Source: Geobacter sulfurreducens PCA (GTDB lineage Bacteria > Desulfobacterota > Desulfuromonadia > Geobacterales > Geobacteraceae). From it: a stretch of 32,000 nucleotides of DNA. The stretch covers positions 2,730,001 to 2,762,000 of the forward strand of contig NC_002939.5 in the NCBI RefSeq assembly GCF_000007985.2, in the 5' to 3' direction. How positions within the stretch are numbered: the first letter of the stretch is position 1; the number at the start of each line of letters is the position of its first letter. Of this stretch, positions 27,001-32,000 are shown piece after piece. The position numbers were made by a program, and so were the translations under genes. A model generated the notes under the pieces. The model saw nothing but the letters and a program-made list of their open reading frames with translations, did not search any database and had not been told where the DNA came from.

Positions 27001-27111
27001 GCCGCCGAACACGAGGCTGAGCTTTCTGACCCAGACGACCTCATAGACCAGGGCGGTGGCTCCCGAGAGGAAAAAGATCAGATAGATGAGAGCGGTAATG
27101 AGGATCGGCAT
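24058..27111 (-). CDS. polytopic membrane protein fused to a spermidine-synthase-like (SpeE-fold) domain and an unassigned C-terminal domain
   Basis: About 1017 aa from ATG 27111; the track starts at GTG 27165 and neither start has a good SD. About 480 aa of hydrophobic helices are followed by KVLVIGAGSGITLGAV ... YDVITADPIHPW ... GIMCQWLPLY (class-I SAM/dcSAM fold of SpeE type), then ~330 aa with no motif I recognise. Confidence 0.75.
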   Translation of the reverse strand: MPILITALIYLIFFLSGATALVYEVVWVRKLSLVFGGSHLAVTTVLAVVMGGLALGSWLFGRRVRTTRNLLRLYGALEIGIAFFALLFIALLNLYSLMPAYSFESLTEHSHQLPRVALLTLRIVLAAIALIVPTTLLGGTLPVLAAFMVRGRRAVGRGVAYLYALNTFGAVAGCFGAGFYLLGRFGVSNTMAGAITVNVLLGIACFALQGPAARYLEAGEDEAPAPLSAVTLPEEKARIGLVVWGIGVSGFCALGYEVLWTRVLGIVIGTNVYGFTLMLAAFLTGIAAGSGAYGLWARRLRPPEEGGCPVSKLIGGFGVVQIVIGLSALLVTILIRDLPTRVFFLQDLFLSQSTDLFRARQFANFALVFSYLFIPAFFMGVAFPLAGTLDACRRRKVGHAVGEVLTCNTIGAILGTVVSGFVLIQVFGIERSLYLLATVNAGFGLLILARLLRGTPRRLATAGTVLAVVGVMAVAGTMPRIWDAKYFAIYRTNQPEVFRTPDLIAEAKRHTDVLYYAEGIQSIVSSIRIRGGYQAFLRNGRIEASDHNESLQNQYALGHLPMLLHRNPRKVLVIGAGSGITLGAVSLHPSVSEMTLAEVEPKVLGVTRSFAAYNHGVLGDRRLRVAFSDGRNYLATTGERYDVITADPIHPWLSGAGYNYTREYFELAAEHLRAGGIMCQWLPLYDLSADDLRSVVRTFRQAYRHVLVWMTQGDAMLIGSNAPILLSEDELAARIAVPAVAADLARVQMGSATDLLSYFVMGTAGADRFSRTGRINTDDNLYLEFSVPRSTGKSALPEVNVNALARHRESVLAYLDDSVPPADRLARENRWMRLDRAAALALEARAIFLGGRYDSPRFGLLVSELEGNYAAFAPWRFLRSEYLEEMASSPLPLDQLALALLDESGRRVVVNVAAVMSRVSRELTVVDFVDSDERVIIGQADINGRGRDGSAKRLAAEVMEAVRLAYNEELSGAEARGKPLPDQAEFVRRMREIIATMTGRQHGNPYPAQGRPIKESA

Positions 27112-27187
27112 GGCACGCTCAAACCCCTCGACCGGACAGGCGCCGGAAACCGAGGGGTGTTTCACCGGATAGTGGATCGATTGCTGG

Positions 27188-27227
27188 AAAAAAGGCGGCC
27201 ACGACCGGCCGGAGGCCGGCCGTGACC
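27188..27227 (-). terminator. strong rho-independent terminator immediately after omcT
   Basis: The minus strand reads GGUCACGGCCGG-CCUCCGG-CCGGUCGUGGCC (12-14 bp stem including 2 G-U pairs), then GCC and U6. It starts 20 nt after the omcT stop. Confidence 0.8.
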
Positions 27228-27247
27228 AGAACTACATGACATATGAA

Positions 27248-28540
27248 TCAGTCTTTGGCATGACACTTGTTGCACAGGACCCGTTGATACGGGGCGAAGT
27301 TGGTGGGGGGTCTTCCATAGTACGCCTGCTGCGTTTCGGCAACGGTCCGTCCCTGGGCCTGGGCTGCGTTGGTGACCGGGTCGGGCCACACGGGGTTGCC
27401 TGACGCATCGGCCACGGTCATGAACTCGTTGCCGAGGCCGTACCGCATCATGCTGTCAAAGCCGGATGCGTGGGCGCGGTGGCAGGAGAGGCACATGACC
27501 CGGTCCGTGGAGATGGGGCCGGCAGTTGACGTGGTCTGGGCCTTGAGCGCGTTCAGGTCGTGGGTGTTGTCGCTCTGGAACGGCACCAGCGAGGTGAACG
27601 CCGTATCCACGGCGCCCGTCAGGTTGCCCGACTTCTTGTACGAGTTGTAGATCTGGGCCACGAAGGGGCCAAGGTTCTGATCGGCCGGGTGAACCAGGGT
27701 GCCGAAGGTGGTGTGCATCTGCCCGTGGCAGTTGGCGCACCAGAGGGACATGCTCCGGCCGTAGGCGACCCGCGTGTCGCTGGTGGCTTCCGAGCGGTTG
27801 TAGCTGTTGGGGGCCACGGCGTAGGGGGCCGCGAACATGAAGGCATCGCCGCCGCTCAGGGACTTGGGCTTGTACCCGGCACCGCCCAGGAGGCGATAAA
27901 CGCCGACGGCAGTGGTGGCATCGGGAACAGCGCCGTAGGAGCCGGAGCTCCTGATCGGCTTGCCGGTCTTGGCCTGGACGCCCAGTGAGGTGATCCGGTA
28001 GGTGCCGTGGGGGTCATGGCAGCTGATGCAGCTGAACTGGTTGGCCGGGAAGGGGGTGTTCATGCTCCCCGGGGCCGCGGTGATGGTGCTGTCGGCCACG
28101 TAGTTGTAATCGGCGGCCACGATGTTGTGGCCCTTGCGCTCGCCGTGGCTCCACTCCGTGGCGGCACCGGCGCGCGGCACCCAGCTGTAGGTCTTCTTGA
28201 GCCAGCCGAAATCGCCGCCCGGCGTGAGCTGGAGCGGCGGAGAGCCGGCGGGCATGTCGGCTTCTGCGGTACTGATGTGGTAGCTGCTGGGCCCCGTGTC
28301 ACCGGCATGCTGGTGACAGTTGAGGCACGACGAGCTCTGGTCCGTCCCCTGGAGCAGATAAGGGCCGGTGGTGAACTGGGCAGTAGCGTTGTTCATCTGC
28401 TGGCCGCCCAGGGAGTTGTGCATGGTGTGGCATCCCTCGCACTCTGCCACGCCACCTGAGTGGAAAGCCCATCCCGTGCCGGTTGCGCCGAGAACCAGGA
28501 GCGCCGCTGCTGTGACGGGAAGAGTCTTGAAGCGTTTCAT
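27248..28540 (-). CDS. omcT: hexahaem c-type cytochrome OmcT (OmcS paralogue)
   Basis: 430 aa with AGGAGG SD 6 nt upstream. Signal peptide ...GTGWA then FHSGGVAECEGCHTMHNS, and six CXXCH. It is roughly 88% identical to OmcS over the first ~95 mature residues by my hand count (84/95). Confidence 0.9.
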   Translation of the reverse strand: MKRFKTLPVTAAALLVLGATGTGWAFHSGGVAECEGCHTMHNSLGGQQMNNATAQFTTGPYLLQGTDQSSSCLNCHQHAGDTGPSSYHISTAEADMPAGSPPLQLTPGGDFGWLKKTYSWVPRAGAATEWSHGERKGHNIVAADYNYVADSTITAAPGSMNTPFPANQFSCISCHDPHGTYRITSLGVQAKTGKPIRSSGSYGAVPDATTAVGVYRLLGGAGYKPKSLSGGDAFMFAAPYAVAPNSYNRSEATSDTRVAYGRSMSLWCANCHGQMHTTFGTLVHPADQNLGPFVAQIYNSYKKSGNLTGAVDTAFTSLVPFQSDNTHDLNALKAQTTSTAGPISTDRVMCLSCHRAHASGFDSMMRYGLGNEFMTVADASGNPVWPDPVTNAAQAQGRTVAETQQAYYGRPPTNFAPYQRVLCNKCHAKD

Positions 28541-28590
28541 AAAATACCTCCTGGCGATCTGTGTCGGACTCCGGTTGGCGGTAAGGAGGT

Positions 28591-28620
28591 GCCGGGGCCC
28601 CCTTTCAGGCGGACCCCGGC
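28591..28620 (-). other. GC-rich hairpin in the omcS-omcT intergenic spacer (no U-tract)
   Basis: The minus strand reads GCCGGGGUCC-GCCUGAAAG-GGGGCCCCGGC, about a 10-bp stem, 30 nt after the omcS stop and followed by the omcT SD. It is a candidate partial attenuator or 3'-end stabiliser. Confidence 0.35.
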
Positions 28621-28650
28621 GGAATCACACAACATCAGATTGTGGCAAGA

Positions 28651-29949
28651 TTAGTCCTTGGCGTGGCACTTGTTGCAGAGAGCGCGCTGGTAAGGAGCAA
28701 ACTTGTCAGCAGTACGGCCATAGTAGGCAGCGGTCATCTCGTTGACCGAACGGCCCTGGAGGGACGAGGTATTGGGGTCCGTACCATAGATCGAGTTGCC
28801 GGAAGCATCGGCGATGGTCGTGAACTCGTATGCCAGGTTGAAGCGGGTCATGCTGTCGAAGCCCGAAGCGTGAGCGCGGTGGCAGGAGAGGCAGTTCACG
28901 TTGCTGGTGGCGTCGGCGCCGGTCAGCGCGGTGTCGTCGATCTTGGCGTGACCCTTGAGCACGGTGTAGTCGGCAGTGCCTTCCTCGAACGGAGCAAGGG
29001 ACAGGTAGGCGGAAGCCTGGGTACCGGTCAGGTCGCCGGACTTCTTGTAGGAGTTGTACAGACCGGCGATGGTAGCACCGAACTTGGCGCCGTTGCCGGC
29101 CGGGTGACGCAGGTTGGTCGGGTACGCGCTGTTGTGGATGTCGGTGTGGCAGTTGGCGCACCACTCGGACATGCCCTGGCCGTAGGCAACGCGGGTCTGA
29201 GTCGTAGCTTCCGTCCGGTTGTAGGTGGACGGAGCAACGGCGGCCGGTACCTGGTTGGCGAAGGCATAGGAACCGCTCAGGGACTTGGGCTGGTAGCCGG
29301 TGCCGCCCAGGATGCGGTATGCACCAACGGCGCCCCACGCGGTGGGATCGTTGCTGTTCTGGTAGGAACCGCTGTTCTTGATGGGGAGACCGGTGGTGGC
29401 GATGCTGCCGTCAACAAAACGACGATACTTCCCGTGGGGATCGTGGCAGCTGGAGCAGTGAAGCTGGTTGGCCGGATAGGTACCGCCCGGGGCCGTGGTC
29501 AGGGTGGTGTCGGCAACATAGTTGTAGTCGCCGGCAACGATGTTGTGGCCTTTGCGCTCGCCTTCGCTCGTGTTGAGACCACGAACGTTCCAGGTGTAGG
29601 TCTTCTTCACCCAGCCGAAGTCGCCGCCCGGGGTCATCTGGAGCGGAGCGGTACCGGCAGGCATATCAGCTTCAGCGGTGGAGATGTGGTAGCTGGAAGG
29701 ACCGGTGTCACCGGCGTGCTGGTGGCAGTTCAGACAGGACGAGCTCTGGGTGGCGCCCTGGAGCAGCATGGGGCCGGTGGTGAACTGGGCAGTGGCGCTG
29801 TTCATGACTGCGCCGCCCAGCGAGTTGTGCATCGTGTGGCACCCTTCGCACTCGGCAACGCCGCCGGAGTGGAAAGCGAACGCCGCGGGGGCGCTCATGA
29901 GAAGTGCTGCTGCTGCCACGGAAAGACTTACTTTCATCCCCTTTTTCAT
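28651..29949 (-). CDS. omcS: hexahaem c-type cytochrome OmcS (nanowire-forming subunit)
   Basis: 432 aa from ATG 29949 (GGAGG 5 nt upstream; the track ORF extends a further 50 codons upstream). Signal peptide MKKGMKVSLSVAAAALLMSAPAAFA then FHSGGVAECEGCHTMHNSLGGAVMNSATAQ..., and six CXXCH. I recognise the sequence from memory as G. sulfurreducens OmcS. Confidence 0.95.
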   Translation of the reverse strand: MKKGMKVSLSVAAAALLMSAPAAFAFHSGGVAECEGCHTMHNSLGGAVMNSATAQFTTGPMLLQGATQSSSCLNCHQHAGDTGPSSYHISTAEADMPAGTAPLQMTPGGDFGWVKKTYTWNVRGLNTSEGERKGHNIVAGDYNYVADTTLTTAPGGTYPANQLHCSSCHDPHGKYRRFVDGSIATTGLPIKNSGSYQNSNDPTAWGAVGAYRILGGTGYQPKSLSGSYAFANQVPAAVAPSTYNRTEATTQTRVAYGQGMSEWCANCHTDIHNSAYPTNLRHPAGNGAKFGATIAGLYNSYKKSGDLTGTQASAYLSLAPFEEGTADYTVLKGHAKIDDTALTGADATSNVNCLSCHRAHASGFDSMTRFNLAYEFTTIADASGNSIYGTDPNTSSLQGRSVNEMTAAYYGRTADKFAPYQRALCNKCHAKD

Positions 29950-29950
29950 C

Positions 29951-30060
29951 ATTTCCTCCATTTTGGTTGGTTTCTCCGGCAACCCGGCCGTCCCGCTCCA
30001 GCGGCACCCGTCGGCTTTGTGTCCCCACCTTGCGATGGGTTTACTCTTTTCGGAGGAAAT
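29951..30060 (-). promoter_or_regulatory. GEMM-I (c-di-GMP-I / cGAMP class) riboswitch-like leader with an anti-SD/SD pairing
   Basis: The minus strand 30046->29974 reads GAGUAAAC-CCAUC-GCAA-GGUGG-GGACACAAAGCC-GACGGG...GGCCGGGUUGCCGGAG. This is collinear with the GEMM-I core CAAAC-stem-GNRA-stem-GGACGCAAAGCC ... GCGGGGUUACC as I remember it from Vc2. AUUUCCUCC (30060-30052) is the perfect complement of the omcS SD GGAGGAAAU (29959-29951). Confidence 0.6.
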
Positions 30061-30194
30061 TTGGTTTCGCCTTTCGGCTCGTGAGTGTTGTGCCTGCAAT
30101 GCAATACAAAATGGTCTTCAGTGCATCCCCAGCGTTTTGTGGTCCCTCCACCTCCCCTCCAAGGCGGGATGCCGGCCTGAGTTACGACTCGCGA

Positions 30195-31142
30195 TCAGTC
30201 GTGCGTTACCTTGAATACGCTTACTCCGCGATTGCCGAGCTGACCCACGTAAAGCTTCCCCTCGGCATCGATTGCCAGGTCGTCGGGGCCCACCAGACTG
30301 CCGGGGGCGTCACCGCGACCGCCGAACTCGTAGATGAACTTGAACTGCCGGTCGAACACCAGGATCGCGCATCTGAGCTTGTCGGAGATGTAGTAGTTGC
30401 CCAGGCCGTCAACCGCGATCCCCGTGGGGACTCCGAACTTGCCCGGCGCGCTGCCCCGCTTGCCGAAGGATTCAACCGTGCCGTTCGCCGAGATCCTGAA
30501 CACCTTACCGGTGACCGGCGAGGTAAAGAGCACGCTGCCGTCCGAATCGAAGGCCACTGCGCCGATGCCCGTGTTGAGGCGGTCTTCCTCGGTTACGCTC
30601 GATGCTTCGGCCAGATCGATATGCTTGACGTAGTTCCCTTCCGGATCGAGCATCACGACCATCATGGAACCCAGGCTCACCAGGCAGATCTTGCCGTCCC
30701 TCAGCATGAGCCGGTTCGGCTTGAACGCGGCCAGTTTCTCGGGCAGCCCCTTGAACTCGATGGGCTTGATGGGTTCCGCCCGGTAGTTGCAGAGGAGCAG
30801 GCTGGGCGTGCCGTTGTTGTAGGCCAGGACCAGGATCCGACCCTGCTCGTCGATGGCGGCGTCGTACACGATCCCGGACTCCATGGTGTTGGTGAACCGG
30901 TAGACTTCCATGCCGCTGTTGTTGAATACCTTGACCGTCTCGCCCGAGATCACATAGGTCTCGCGTGCCGTCGCATCAAGGGCGATCTTGGCCAGGCTGT
31001 ACGGAATCGTGCCCGTGAAGTCCGAGAGGTTATACAGATACGCAACCTTGAATTCACCCGTGCTCGCATTGGTGGGTCCACCCATGAGAACGGCGGCGAG
31101 GATGGCCAGCGGTGCTACACGCCGGTTGCCGATTTGTCTCAT
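30195..31142 (-). CDS. NHL-repeat beta-propeller protein (secreted/periplasmic)
   Basis: 315 aa from ATG 31142; the track start 31178 is a TTG. It has a signal-like RRVAPLAILAAVLMGG and NHL blades VPTGIAVDGLGNYYISDKLRCAILVFD and GPDDLAIDAEGKLYVGQLGNRGVSVFKV. Confidence 0.8.
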   Translation of the reverse strand: MRQIGNRRVAPLAILAAVLMGGPTNASTGEFKVAYLYNLSDFTGTIPYSLAKIALDATARETYVISGETVKVFNNSGMEVYRFTNTMESGIVYDAAIDEQGRILVLAYNNGTPSLLLCNYRAEPIKPIEFKGLPEKLAAFKPNRLMLRDGKICLVSLGSMMVVMLDPEGNYVKHIDLAEASSVTEEDRLNTGIGAVAFDSDGSVLFTSPVTGKVFRISANGTVESFGKRGSAPGKFGVPTGIAVDGLGNYYISDKLRCAILVFDRQFKFIYEFGGRGDAPGSLVGPDDLAIDAEGKLYVGQLGNRGVSVFKVTHD

Positions 31143-31329
31143 TCGGGTTTCAATATGTTTGCACAGGTGGTTAATCAAGTTTCGCCTCTAGCGACTGCCA
31201 GCAAAATGTGTTTGTTTTCTCGTGATTTAGCACAGCGCATGCCTAAGCATTTTTTAACAGTGGTAACAAATTTGTATCTAACGGTAATTGTTCGCTTTTT
31301 AAAATAATTAAGATTTTTTGTTGAAAGCA

Positions 31330-31860
31330 ACCGGGCAAATCGCGGCCATTTGGCGAAAACGCACTGCTATTTGGCCGTAAAACCACTACCGGATCGGACC
31401 ATGTGGCACAACCACCTGTCCTGACTGGCTTTCTGCCGAGCCGCCCGGGTGGCCGAAGGTATCGGTGAAGTCACCGGAAGGGGTGCGTCAGGCACGAAAC
31501 CGGCGCGTGACACTTACGCATGGAGCGAGAGAACGCGGGAGCGGCCCGCCGGGCTGGATCGAGGGCCGCTGCGGGCGCGGGGACGGCGGAACAAGGGGGA
31601 CGGCCGGTGCATCGGGATGCCCGCCACGCCTTGGCAAGAGGATCGACGGGAGCCGCGCGCGGGGCTACCCTCGCCTTTCTGCGGCGCAAATCGGCCGGCC
31701 TGCGCCGACAGCCTTCCCGTGGGGGGAACAACGGGGTTCCCGGGGGGGTACACCCGGTGTGGTGGTGGGGGGAATATGATGGGGGGTTCGTTAGGGGATG
31801 TTACACTTTTCAGGGTCTTGCCGGGGGCGTTGCAACGGTGAACTATGCGGGGTGTCAAAC
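31330..31860. other. GC-rich island without a credible ORF, flanked by AT-rich tracts; candidate structured RNA or long leader
   Basis: Only overlapping Arg/Gly/Pro-rich ORFs in several frames, with atypical codons (GGG, CGA, AGA, AGG). Many local stems are present, e.g. AGCGGCCC 31540-31547 with GGGCCGCT 31563-31570, and CGGCGCA 31682-31688 with TGCGCCG 31701-31707. Six runs of four or more G occur at 31721-31797. Confidence 0.3.
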
Positions 31861-31977
31861 TTACATATCAGAATTTGAATGTATAAATCTCGGCATGTTA
31901 GTGTCTTCCTGTCCGCAAATTAAATTCCGTTTATCGCTATTTCACTTATCGTTTCCGACCGGCCGTTCATTGAAAAA

Positions 31978-31993
31978 GTGTATCATGTAACAC
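31978..31993. repeat. second copy of the palindromic template GTGT-AT-CATG-TA-ACAC
   Basis: It has the same GTGT-N2-CATG-N2-ACAC layout as 11068-11083 and lies in the AT-rich tract at the right end of the window. Confidence 0.35.
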
Positions 31994-32000
31994 AGATGTT

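Noticed and set aside
29950-30099. 50-codon N-terminal extension of omcS in the ORF track
   Set aside because: The extension would read through the riboswitch-like leader and has no signal-peptide character. ATG 29949 has a GGAGG 5 nt upstream and gives the 432-aa precursor with a classic signal peptide.
11302-31142. The cytochrome cluster as a recently acquired genomic island
   Set aside because: There are no integrase, transposase or tRNA genes and no direct-repeat boundaries. By eye, base composition and codon style match the flanking housekeeping-type genes. The two bracketing palindromes are too short to argue for mobility.
31420-31560. Partial resemblances to ZTP (GACUGGC ... ACCGG..GGGG ... 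CCGCC.GGGC), cobalamin B12-box (GUCAGG...CCGGC) and SRP RNA (CCGGAAGG) motifs on the plus strand
   Set aside because: Each match is broken by insertions or deletions at invariant positions, and the remaining conserved elements of each family are missing. No appropriate downstream gene is visible in the window. In GC-rich DNA such fragments are expected by chance.
1-32000. CRISPR arrays, rRNA/tRNA genes, IS elements
   Set aside because: I found no spaced direct repeats, no tRNA-like cloverleaf candidates in the intergenic regions and no transposase- or integrase-like ORFs on either strand.

Overview
High-GC Geobacter-type (Desulfuromonadota) chromosomal segment. I recognise the hexahaem nanowire cytochrome OmcS (28651-29949, minus) and its paralogue OmcT (27248-28540) from memory of the Geobacter sulfurreducens proteins. 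The left third (1-10954) is ordinary accessory metabolism: a divergent carbamate kinase / COG2403 P-loop / LOR-SDH(TIGR00300)-type cluster, a TatD-radical SAM fusion, an OFA-type MFS transporter behind a sigma-54 promoter, and a second MFS transporter translationally coupled to an orphan Cache-HAMP-PAS histidine kinase. The right two thirds (11302-31142) lie entirely on the minus strand. In transcription order they are: NHL propeller, a GEMM-I-like riboswitch leader, omcS, omcT and a strong intrinsic terminator. Eleven tightly packed genes follow: a SpeE-like polytopic membrane protein, a third OmcS-family hexahaem, a YVTN propeller, a large OM beta-barrel with a discoidin-like insert, two LpoB/TolB-N-like lipoproteins (three domain copies), a SurA-like chaperone, a 26-haem cytochrome, a 16-haem cytochrome broken by a 1-nt frameshift, and a second NHL propeller, closed by a terminator. 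My main hypothesis is that this accessory block is a dedicated envelope machine for export, assembly, anchoring and electron-charging of OmcS-family cytochrome filaments. omcS and omcT are well known, but the function of the accessory genes is, to my knowledge, essentially untested. No rRNA, tRNA, CRISPR, transposase or integrase was seen. The right end (31330-31860) is a GC-rich, G-run-rich island with no credible ORF. All family assignments are by eye from motifs, with no searches run.
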